Of a stretch of 48,428 bases of DNA, positions 24,178-35,620 are shown piece after piece. Numbering within the stretch: position 1 is the stretch's first letter; the number at the start of each line of letters is the position of its first letter. A model generated the notes under the pieces. It ran no database searches and was not told the origin of the DNA. It was given only the letters and a program-made list of their open reading frames with translations. Origin of the DNA: Choristocarpus tenellus KU-1152 (lineage: Eukaryota > Protista > Phaeophyceae); contig CAXNAD020000013.1 in assembly GCA_964200185.2 (NCBI GenBank), forward strand, positions 1 to 48,428. Reading direction: 5' to 3'. Both the position numbers and the translations under genes were made by a program.

Positions 24178-27100
24178 TATGCCCTCCTGACACCAATTAA
24201 CACCTACCTTGCTCCTGTCCTGGCACAACAGAAGAGGCCATTGTGTTGGTATAGAATGTGTCAGATATATGATATAATATATTTATCTTTACATACAAAG
24301 AATAATTAGTAGTAGCAGTAGCACTGTTTTTGTCTTTTTTATACTATATGAAGCATTTTGTTTTGTGCGCATGTAAAAAAAAATCATATATTTTACTCCT
24401 ACTGCAAGTAATAATCACTCAGAGTTGTTGAATTACATTGATACACCTGTCATGGACATCCATGAATGTCAGAAGCAGCAGAAGCAAATGATGTGATTCT
24501 TCCAGTTTTGTCATCAGGTGAATACGGAGAATATGTCTCCATTGTACTGTATTAGAATTATTTCTCGGGCGCTCTAGAGCAGTGTCTAGTTTCACATTGA
24601 TTGATTGGCACGCACAGTACCGGTTTCATGACTCCTGTTGGCAGTGGTCACAACATACAAAAGATAACACAAAGTGAGACAAAAATATATAAACGAAGAA
24701 AATAGCGAAAGGTACTAGCATTGAATATCTTGAGCTCTGTAGCAAGGGCATCATTGCTCTGTGGCCGTTGATGATGCCCCTACATACGCACAGACACATA
24801 AGTGTAGTTCTGTGTCAAGTGTCTAGATATTGAGATGCATCACAGCGGCAGTAGTCTACCAAAGGATTCCAAGGTGATACAGAGATCATAGATAGTGGTA
24901 TCTATCTCAATATATTGACATGAGGCCATTATGTGGGAATTATCTCAATTTGTACATGTACAGTTGTGTACACTTGCATATTTTTTGGTAGAGGATGCCC
25001 CTGTCTTGTTAGATAAGGCATACCTACCCCCCCCCTTCTGTACTGTGCACACCATACAAACAATAAGTATGATATTAAAAGTATTATGTTCTTTTCTTTG
25101 TTGTGCTTAGTGTATTGAAATGGTACCTATTGATTTATTGCTGCTGTTTCAGTTTTTGTCAGGTAATTTTATTTTTTAATTATGTATTATACTATTTTAA
25201 TCTACCCATATAATGGAAAAGTTTGAAACAATATGGAGCATCCTTTTTTCAATTGTGATCGGCATTAGGCACAATAAGAATAAGCATATGCAACACAACT
25301 GGTGTATACAAGAAATACCTGATAGTGATAGTAGTGCTAATGCTAATTAATAGTAGTAGTAATAGCCACATGACGTAATGACTCAGTGTTAGAGTGGCAT
25401 CTCAATATTTGGGAAGAATGAGAGTGCAGGGTGCTATGCAGCTCAATCTGTGGGCCATCACCTCTCTATTCACGCACTCTCCCCAACTGGTAATCTTGAT
25501 CTTTCTGTTTCCCATTGAGCCCGTTTGTTACCCGGACTCTCTCTCTACCTCAATCTTTATCTTCGAGCTGTAGAGAGTGGGAAAGGTGGTCCAGGCAGGA
25601 TTTGAGTCTGTAACCCCTTATTTTTGTCACAATTTATTGAAATTATTATGGAGAAGGACATTCTCCTTTGTACTGATGTGGGAGCCAGGGGCCTGGCCTA
25701 TGTTCCAGCCGTGGACTGATTCATCCAGAATGATTCTCCTGACCAGACAATTTAATACATGTACAGGGTGGGAAGGACTATCAAGTGACAGATCAGCAAA
25801 AGCTAACTTGCATTTATTCAATTTAATTATTTTAGTCAATGCAAGGGATGGGGATACGGAAGCTTCCCCTTTTTTTCCTGTCGTGAAGAGTATGTCCCAT
25901 ATAATAGTTTGTAAGCAGGTGATTCATTTAAGCTTCATCGTAATACATATTTGAAGTGAACTGTGTGTTTGTGATGTATTTTGGTTGTACCTGCTAGGGG
26001 GGAGATGATTAGGCTCAGGGTCTAGTTGTGCCTTTTCTTATGTTGTTCTATTTCCTTGTTTTTTCTTACACCATTTTGAAGAGCTGTATGAATTTGGTAA
26101 TTTGGTAATAAATGAACCTATCAAGTGAAGATAATTGTGTTCTGTTAATATGGGCAAGGTTTTCCAAAAGATGAATGTGTCCTTGTGGACTATAGACCAG
26201 GTGGGATTTAGGATCATACAATAATTTCCCCAATCCACCGAGCACATTTAGCTTCATCACTATTTCAAACAAGCACAAAGGGATTTGAGTTATGTGTTTT
26301 GCTCAAGGTCTCATTCATATCTCTTGTGTTTTGAGTTATGTGTAAACACCAACAGCAGGAAGTCTTGATATACTGTAGGAGCCCTGCTCTATTCTTGCCC
26401 TGACATCCGTCACATTGTCTAGTTACTGTAGGATACAGATAGCTGTATAGGTTCTTGAGGAGGAAAGGGAGTAGTGAGTAAACGAGCCCTTTGGCAGTCT
26501 CCCTGGTTGGTTCTGTGTTCTATTTTGTAGCATATTTGTGGTGGTGTGTTGGTAGAGGGGAGAAGGTTGGTGCTTGCCTACAAATGTGTAGACAGTGATC
26601 AAAGACACAGGGAAGAGGCAGCGTGGGGTTGGGGTATGGTTTTGCTTTGTCCTAGTTTTGAACTTGGTCATCATACACCCTTCTCCAAGCAGCTTGATAA
26701 TATGTGGGCATGCTTCTAGTGAGTGTACATAATTTTACTACCATGGCTAGGATCTGGATGAAGCTTCAGTCATCATTACAGTGCACAGCATTTGCCAATA
26801 CAGTTGGCTGTAAGAATATGACATGGTGGTGTTGATAATGGGTCCAAATGTACTTGTGGCATCCCTGACTTTTATCTTGCAGATTTCGTTATGTATTAAA
26901 TTGTCCTTTTTTTGTCAGGCAGGGTTCTTGACTCCAGTGTTTGGCACATCTATCCTCCCCCATGTGCTTACTGTAAGGATATGATACGTATACCAAGCAT
27001 ACTGTTATGGTCCACACAAGAAAACATTATCAATAAACTATCCTCCACATTTCAAGTCTTATCGAGACACAAGCAGTGCTACACAGATGCTCCAAGGTAT

Positions 27101-27699
27101 TGTTTAGAACATTGCATTGTTTCCAATTATTTAACATTCCTCCATGAGGGTTTGGAAAGAAAAAGAAGCACCCCAAAAATTCAATTTTACAATCATGAAA
27201 ATTGAGGTGTCTTTGAGGATGTCACAAAATTCTTGGTTCACCCTCCAATTCCATACAGACTACGAGATAATGTCCCACACATCTAGGGAAAAACTGTGTT
27301 GCATGGGTGAACATTGTGAGTGGTCTAGGAGTGAAACATTTCCAATTAATGGCATTATGCGGTTGTACCCTAAAGTATGTATCACATTTCTGAACGGGTT
27401 GTTGACCTATGAGTATATATTTGGACATCTAGTCTTAGCACACTATAACATGTTGAAACCTCACCAACTTACATACATGCATATCTAGGCAGGCACTCCT
27501 TCAAACATATAGGGTAGATATGCTGCAAATAGCATAATACGTTATCTTATCACATGCTATACAGGTTATAATTCAATTCAGGATAATATAAAAGACAACC
27601 ACAGACTTGATTGAACATGTGACTGCACTTCATATGTACTGTGCAGACATGGAGTACAGGTATTGAACAAAGTGCACAAATGGCACCCTCATAATAGTT

Positions 27700-30600
27700 T
27701 TATTTTGTAGCTCCAGCAGGCGGGGCTCGCATCTTGGTCATAGCAAGAATTGTGTCAGCGTCAAGTGACTCAAGCACACCCCCAGGAAGCATTTCATCCA
27801 GTGACAGGCAGACTTTGCTGTAGGTGCTTGACACCAAGAACGCCTGCATGCACAACAGAGGGTGTTATTATTTCCACATCAATTAAATCTCGAGGGCTAA
27901 AACAGGAGCGTGCACTGTGAGACAAGTATCCCTAATTTAACATACCTGGAAATCTGTATAATGCACAGAATAGAGGATAAGGACCAAATTCTACATCACA
28001 ACATCAGCAAGATTGACAAACCAGCAAGTGTATTAACTAAAATACCACACACACGCAAAGTACAATACTTGGAAACTCTCTACATTTCAATCAATTTTCC
28101 TCTGTTGCAGCACAATGTAAGTTCTTTGAACTAGTGCTCATACCTACAAGTAGTTACTCCCAAGTAGATAATTGGAAGATTGATGGAATGCCACAATCAA
28201 TCAACAGTACACACCATAGGCGTACAAAAACATAACTTCTAGAGTACAGCTATAGAACAGTGTCAAAAATTAAATGGTAGAGCAAAAGTCTCATAACTGA
28301 TGGCATCAGTGTACCAAAGCAGTAGGCACTATTACACGGCTTAACATTTAGACCAACTCATTAGAGTCTATATCCTCCATGTCTACCTCATTCTCTGTAC
28401 CTGCAACAGGTACATATTCGTATCAACTGTGATTCTCTACTGAATTAGGAACTCTGAAGCAAGATCACAACACTTCAAACACAACAAGGGATAAGCTCAA
28501 CAAAACTTACCTCCTCTTCTGCCCGTAATGCCTTGCCTTCCCGGCACAACGCAATTACCACTGTGGACAATGTCCCCAGCATATCAGACAAGGTCAACTC
28601 ATCATACTCCCCAGACCCACAAAGGAACAACAGTAGACCGTCCACTGCTCCAAAAACAATTATAAGTCCCCCCTGAGGAGAAAATATGTACCCAGGGATG
28701 GGGATAGCACTATCAGTATCTGTTTTGGAAATCTACAACTTAATTTCAACATTCTGCACCAGAAGGTGTGCTTCAAAAAACTGCCTATTTCACCTTAACA
28801 AGAGATGGGCAAAGTGTATGTAATACCATGGGGTCAGATCATCAGATCAACCATTTTGGTGTACGAAGTCAGGAAAGGGTGTACAAACCACTCAAGGATA
28901 GTAGATAATATTCACAGCTCCACAACCTGTGATACGATTTAGAGTGAAGGCCTGCTGGCTAATTTCCCTCTACATAGGCAAAAAAAATCTCTCTGACTGT
29001 GTCATTGGGGGAAAGACTGGGTTGTATTAACCCAACACAATCATCAGTACTGGATATTGGGTCAAGTGATTCGAACAAGGAACACATAAGGATCGAAGGA
29101 CAGTTATCCCAACATTCCAAATAATTTGACCTTGGTTGTGTCGGTTGGAAGGCAAACAACATGTGACACCGCTAATACTTGAACTCACACATGAAGGAGG
29201 TAGAGACGATGACTGTTTAAGCAGTTGATGCGACAGCGATGTAACTGAGAATGAGGTAGATAGGGACAGAGGTGCCAAACACATTTTGGAGAGGCTCGCT
29301 ACCACCCAGGAAGTGATGATGAGGTTGAAGATCAACCAAGATGGAAGTGGTTGGGGGGAAGGGGAATGAGCTCGAAATCACTTTGAATCATGGCTGCCAC
29401 AGAACTAAATACGTGTCCTGCCCCAAGTGGCCAATCACCCTACTTGTAGGGGGTGAACCCTAGCACTAATTCCTCACAGTGCACAGACCACCAGGTAACC
29501 ACTGCGGTCCCAAGTACAGTCCCTGCCCAAGGAAGCATGGACTCTCAAAGAAAGACAAGTCAAAGGAAGACGGAGTCGTGCCCCTCATAGCCATCATGCA
29601 TCCATCATCGAAGTTACTCCTCAACTTTTCTTCCATTTTTTGGGAGGGGGGTTACCTCGTCAAACAGCTGGACCTCTACAGAAGAAAGAATATCTATTGA
29701 GGGTTAACTTTGACGATGAGATGAGATGAGGTGTGAGGGGCCTGACTAGCCCTCCTATTCGTCTGTCTCTACGGTCATCTCCTTCTGATAAGGATATACT
29801 GAGGGCCTCCGTGAACATCTGGTGCATCTGCACACCACGAAAAGGACGCTGCAAGAGGCCACCCTCTGCAGGTAGGATGATGAACCCTGGAGAAAGGAGT
29901 CCTGTCTCAGCGACCGCCTTCTGCAATGCGCTTGGTTTTGTGCGCGCGAGACCCCTTCTAATCATAGATCCCCTCCCCTCTGCCGTTCACATTATTAGCT
30001 AAACTGCGCTGCTGCAAGACAATCTTGTCGATAGGGGTTGGTACCCTATCACTTGCCAGCAGAGATTCCATCTTTGTGCCGAGTGATGACACCACCTACG
30101 TTTGCAGCTCTTTAGAGAAGGTGACTCCCGTCTCGATTGATCATAAGCCTCAGCAAGGCTTCTTGGGTATTAGTGGGTCTCTCCAAAATGTGGTTGGCGC
30201 CTGTAAAGACCTTGTTCTCATCGTCCGCACTCATTTTTACCATCGGTGTCGCCTCCCCCGCTTCCACAGTCTTCGTCTCCGTCCTCTCCACTGCTTACTG
30301 GTTCTTTCCTGTGAACCCTCCTGATTTCCTCACCACGATCACTTCCACAGTTATTATGTACTAGAAAATGTACATTGAATCACTCTTCTTCCCCCTCGTA
30401 GACTTAGTAAACAAGTCAACGCATAAAAAAATGTCAAAAGGACACACAAACAAGCGAAAAACGTGTACTTTTACGATCTCGTGAAGTGGTGACTTCAAAA
30501 ATAATGTAAGGAAAATTTCCTCTGCGATGATGTTGTGATAGAATACTGATCACTTGCACACTTGAACCGTAACATGCTTCAAAAGATTCTGCTTGCACCA

Positions 30601-31119
30601 TGAGAAAATTCACAGTTAGGCGACCTCTTGGTTTGAGGATGCAGGTTGTACTCTAGGGGAACATGGGAGAGAAGTCGTCAACGAAAATATAGAGTGGACG
30701 AATGGACCCGTCAGGGGAGCCCGGCCTTAGAGCAGTAAAATATCACCAGTATTTGAAACATTGCCTCAGTCCATGCATTCAGTTCTGTGAGATACGTATG
30801 CGTGGGATAAACTGAACGATAAAGTGCCAGATGCTATCACCTTTGCCCTTGCGACTTGAGGGCAGTCCCCTGTCCCACTCATCCATAAGTGTCGAGTTTG
30901 GCCGAGAACCTCAGATTCAGACAAGCGCATGGCTTGCTCCCTATCTCTCATCATACTCAACCCTCCGTTTCTTCCACTTCCAGTAATCCCCCCTCCTCGT
31001 TCCCCATCCCCTTCCCTTCCACCTCCTGATCCACTCGATCCTTGAGCATAGAAGGAACTGTCAAAGTACTTCGATAGCAATAACCGTCCCTGGTGGTTGG
31101 TGATGAGTACACTGTGCAT
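27700..31119 (-). CDS. TSPOON: Sigma-adaptin-like longin-domain small subunit, most like TSPOON/LOLITA of the TSET/TPLATE complex; 194 aa, 3 exons
   Basis: Exons 31119-30841, 28672-28511 and 27843-27700, all phase 0 with GT-AG introns. The protein reads MHSVLITNHQGRLLLSKYF...LIIVFGAVDGLLLFLCGSGEYDELTLSDML...TYSKVCLSLDEMLPGGVLESLDADTILAMTKMRAPP. The GxxEYDELxL and YxxxCLxLDE..GxLExxD motifs match my recollection of plant LOLITA/TSPOON better than AP sigma (DNEL) or zeta-COP (ENEL). Confidence 0.8.
29190..30290. repeat. Two diverged, oppositely oriented copies of a repeat (about 160 bp each) in TSPOON intron 1
   Basis: 29270-29348 AGGTGCCAAACACATTTTGGAGAGGCTCGCTACCACCCAGGAAG... aligns with the reverse complement of about 30124-30202, AGGCGCCAACCACATTTTGGAGAGACCCACTAATACCCAAGAAG.... 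Similarity continues outwards. Confidence 0.7.
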
Positions 31120-31343
31120 GTTCACTTCTTCGCTGTCTTTCCTTGAGTTTTCGCTATGTTTTGATGCGTTTATGAGGGATGGGGGATGTATGAACATTTT
31201 ATTCTATTTTTGAAGACGTAAAAAAAGGAAAGACGGGACCATAACAACATTAGTGTGCTGAACTGGATTGTAGATTTTGAAGAAAGGATGAGCAATCCAC
31301 TAATCGCAAGGTATGCCTAACCCTAATCCACAAATCGCAAGGT
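31120..31343. promoter_or_regulatory. Compact bidirectional promoter between the TSPOON-like and LETM1-like genes
   Basis: Only 224 bp separates the two divergent ATGs. The zone lies in a CpG-rich island and contains a 23-bp direct duplication and a CCTAACCCTAA telomere-like box at 31316-31326. Confidence 0.7.
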
Positions 31344-34300
31344 ATGCAATGTTACAGGGCCGGCAATGTCAGGCGGCTGTTCAAGGTATACCTCCGTGGC
31401 TACGGGCGGGATGCAGGCATTCTCTGTTGCCAATACCTCATCTGCCCATCAATGACTCGAGTGAGGCATGGGTCAAGAAGGATGGGAGGGGGAAGTCATT
31501 GCGGCATGGGAAATGCTTCATTGAGCACTCGTAAGAACCTGAAAACCGATGTAAATTCCAAGAGGGCGCCCTCTCACGAAGAAATCGTCCAAAGTCGGTG
31601 CGGGGGAGGCAAGCAACAGGAAAAACCTGTCCAAGGAAATTCACAAACGGTCAACAAGGACGAAGTCGTAGGGTTCAAGCAATTAGCAGCCATGATGAAG
31701 ATTATTCAATCATTCATCGACGGTGGAAAACTTCTATGGCGAGATTTCGGTCTGATGAGAGATGCTCAGCAGAGGAAGGAGAAGGGAGAGATCCTGTCCA
31801 GAGCAGAAGAGCGCCTGATAAGAGAGGTATATTCCAGGGCAGTCTTCAAATGTTGGCCAATAGCCATTGCACCATTTTTGTATGTTGAAGTGATCGTTGA
31901 ATGTTGGATCGGGCCGGACGCGCCCGAGTGTGATACGGGATCAAGATCTTTCGGATATGAAATATTTGATGTGGCGTGGCTTGACCTTTGATCACTAGTG
32001 GCCCATGTCTAGACATGGTCCTAGTTCATTGTTAGACATAGTGGGAGGAATGTGACATCTTTATCTATAAAATTTTCTAACATCTCGTGTTGGATGCCGA
32101 CAAATGTAACAGGTGCCGCGTGACATCGCCAGGGTGTTGCCACTCGCAATTCTGTTTGCCATTCCGATCATAGGGAATATGTTGCCCATTTTAGGAGCAC
32201 GGTACCCAAAGGCTCTCCTTTCTTCTCAGTTCTGGACAAGACCACAGCATAGCGATTTCATGGCACAGGTGCCTCTTTGTATGGACACTACAGAACACTT
32301 CATACGGTATTTGACCGATGCTGTCGTAGAGTAACGAAAAAAAAACTTCATCTGACAACTGATCGCTATTTTACCCCAGTTGCTTAGGTTCCGAGGACAA
32401 AACGCTGCACACTACCCATTACAGAAGATGAAATAATTGCTAGGATTGGGATTCGGGATGAGGGGTTGTTGCTGTGCCAGGGCTCAAGATGCCCAACCAT
32501 ACAATCCAGTCCCACCACTGTTGTGGGATAAGATGGTAACATGCACTATGGTGACATTTTGGAATTTTTGCTCAGCTGACGTTCAAACCAAAATTATGTT
32601 GTTTTTTTTGTTGGAGAGCACCATGCGACAAGCTCACATTTCAGTTTGATACAGTTCCTCTGAACTGGCATCTGCCTGCAGAATTTTGGATACTTCAATC
32701 ACTTCTAGGTGAAAGAGAGGATGATTGATGTTGGTAATTGTAAGACCCCTTCAGTGCTGCTAATCTGGAAGTGCAAGTGTGCGATCTACTGTTTCATTGT
32801 GTAGGAAGGTCTTTTTTGAAAGCAATGCATACTTTGGTCTTTGTGTGAGCTGTGTTCTTTCTCCCGCCTCACAGCACTAACATAGTAGCAGGCATGTAGC
32901 AATGAACTGTACCTTTGTAATTTGGGACATACTTGTAGGATCTATTTATGTATCACTGCTTCACATAAATGTACTGCATGCAACAGTAACAATCTTCCCT
33001 GGCAGGCTCTCTTCTCCGACCTCAACAAAAGCACTTGTGTCCTTACTAGTACCATCCCTACTATTGTTTGATGTTCTTTGACATAATAGTAAGTCTTGTT
33101 TTGCCTCCCTCTCATTGATTCTTGTATCTACTCCATTGTGTTCCCATGAAGGACATGCAACTGCAAGAAGCAATTTTTTTCCCAGCGGTGCAGTGTTTGA
33201 TTTATCATCATGTGTCCAGTCTGACGCAACAAGCAAACCAGACACTACCCTCCGCCGACAGTAGAATGAAAAAAAGGCCCCTGGCATGGTCATTGCTTCG
33301 TAGTGGGGAGATTGGTGGCGTGGTCCTGAAGAATCTTTCCCTGCAGCACCTGGAACAGTTGGCAATGTCCTGCAACCCAATGCCACCTGCAAAGAAGGCT
33401 GTGGTCAGGCTTGTACCTAAGGCGATGCTTGTTGCTTGGCTGGAGAAAGAGGCAGAACACATTGGGTGAGGGGCGGGCCCAAGTTTGTATTCATCCTCTA
33501 CAATAGTTTAAGAAAGAGTGATTAGAGATGATAAATACACCACTTTCGTTTTAAGGGTTAGGGCTAGGTTTACTCCTGAGCAGGGTGGTTAGATGTCATG
33601 CATATTTTTAAGGGACATTCGCCCTGCTGTTGTCTATGACCCCATCAAGTGAGAAAAGGCTTGGCTAATGTACACTGCTACAGAGCACATATGCAATCTA
33701 TTTCCAGTTGGCCTACGTCTATGTACTATGACCAAATGTACCCTCTTTAGTCAATTATATGTTTATCAGGTGACATCAGAAGTGACAAAATGCTGATAGC
33801 CATGTTATCTGTTGACCATTACATAGTTTGGTATTTTAAAAGGTGCCTCAAGCCTTTTAAGTATTGTTTTCTTCCTTTCACTTGGATGCAATACAAGGGA
33901 AAGGAATCCCTTAACACTGACCCTTCCAATACATGTAATGAAATCATAAAAATGAAACAGTCAAAATGATCTACAGTTGTTGAGACATCTGGGTGACACA
34001 AGGGACAACTTCACAGGCTCCCCGACCTCGAGCAGAGCAGAGCAATTGTGTGAGGTCTTGTCTAAGGAGGAGGTGGTTTTGCTTTGCTGGGAAAGAGGCT
34101 TACTTTCAACAAGTGCTGTTGCTCCTGCTGAGAGCAAGGGAGAAGATGCACAAAATGACATTGGAGATTACCAATCCAGTGTGTTGTGCAGCAGGTAAGG
34201 TGCACCGTGATTGAAAACATTATATACCAAACATTATTAGCTGTGCTGTTATCTCCTGTAATGCACTTTACTTTTGTTATGGAAGATGAGAATACCCTTG

Positions 34301-34982
34301 CTGATTTCCTTTGTTGTGATTGGATGAAGCTTTTTGTGGTGACATCCAATCAAGCGCTACAGCATGTGAAGATTCTCTTTATGCAAGGTAATGAATAGAA
34401 GGCGTTTTGAAACTTATCAACACAGTATTTTGCTCGTCATTTTTTTTTTAATTGCCAAGTGAAGCATAGCGTTAAATTTGACACCCTTCCCCAACATTTC
34501 CATAGTTCCTTCGGTCCTCTCTGTGTACCGAGATAGAGTATCGTAGACATGCTCCATGCTTTTGTTTTATGTACACTTTATGTGGTGAGAGTGAATTTAA
34601 AAAGACTCTTAGAGCTTGCTGGCTGGTCAGTGTTGATATTGGTCTGGTGTTTGCACAAAAGATCCAAGACACCCCTGGCCCAGCTGTTCAAAGCCCACGG
34701 GAGACAGTCCAGCAACAACATGCACTAAATACAGCTTAGCTTCTACTCACAGTTTCACACACAGCAATTGCAGGTCAAGCGTATGTGTGATAGTATAGAG
34801 ATCCACATGCTGTACTAGAACAACTAGTTATCAAGTTTGCTATAATTGGATGGGCCCTTCCCATGTCACACAGGCTGTCAACATGGCTTGCGCTGTACGA
34901 TCAAGACGAGCCTGTGCTACTTTCTGCCTCACTTATACTCCATGCTCCAGCCCTACTTTCCTCAGAGTCAAACAAGAACTGA
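31344..34982 (+). CDS. LETM1-domain (LETM1/LETMD1-like) mitochondrial inner-membrane protein, about 431 aa, 5 exons
   Basis: Exons 31344-31826, 32113-32268, 33152-33465, 33961-34194 and 34874-34982, phase-consistent. LETM1 motifs: FIDGGKLLWRDF...LSRAEERLIREVPRDIARVLPLAILFAIPIIGNMLPILGARYPKALLSSQFW, LKNLSLQHLEQLA, HIGQNDLQLL, LSKEEVVLLCWERGL, RLSTWLALY..SASLILH. The Arg-rich, acid-poor N-terminus resembles a mitochondrial presequence. Confidence 0.85.
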
Positions 34983-35379
34983 CTTGACATGGGGTCAACA
35001 CAGGGATTGATCTACGAGGGAGTGGTGGTGCATTGCTTGTGTAGTTTTATTGGGAAAATGTATGTACTACCTAGTTTGAAAGACAGGAAAACCTTCAAAT
35101 TGCATCCACCATCCACCATACTCTAGAAATTTTGCTGTTGTTGAAGGCTGTGCCATTCTTTGTATCTAGCACTATTTCACACTGGTGTAGGTACAAGTTT
35201 TTTGCTCTGTTTTGACCTCTACATCCATTTTCCTCCTTGTGTGTATAGATGAACAAGTTTGTGTGTTCTAATTCTTATCAAGTCCTTTTTAAAAACATAT
35301 TTTACTCCTTGGCACTATTATCCTAGTATATTATTTGCAAAATGTAGATACTTCTTTCTGGAGGAGGAGACTCACCCAA

Positions 35380-35620
35380 TACCGAGAAGGAATATCCACT
35401 GTTTTTGAAGATACTGCATGCACATCATCTGCATAGGAATGGCCGTCCAATGTGCGATGGACAATGGAACTCCATTCTATTTTGACTGAAATTTGCTTGA
35501 TCAATTTCAAGGTATCTCTTTGACCTTAGGAAGAATACTAATACTACCGTTAGTGTGATCACCAATGTCGCCAGTGGGGACTACAGGCCCAGGCCTCTAG
35601 ATGAGATTGAATTTTAGTGG
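35380..35620 (-). mobile_element. Decayed non-LTR retrotransposon reverse-transcriptase fragment
   Basis: The minus strand gives RGLGL*SPLATLV (about 35600-35560, cf. RGxxQGxPLSP) followed downstream by HSYADDVHAVS (YADD at 35435-35424). Confidence 0.5.

Noticed and set aside
13701-25615. tRNA-like A/B-box fragments (13701-13723 minus, 21486-21513, 25372-25400, 25583-25615 minus)
   Set aside because: No complete cloverleaf can be built. At most these are degenerate SINE heads, so they are not called tRNA genes.
25620-27450. Possible LINE fragments (GGLG motif etc.) between the divergent transcript and the TSPOON 3' end
   Set aside because: Only isolated weak motifs; no ordered domain could be reconstructed.
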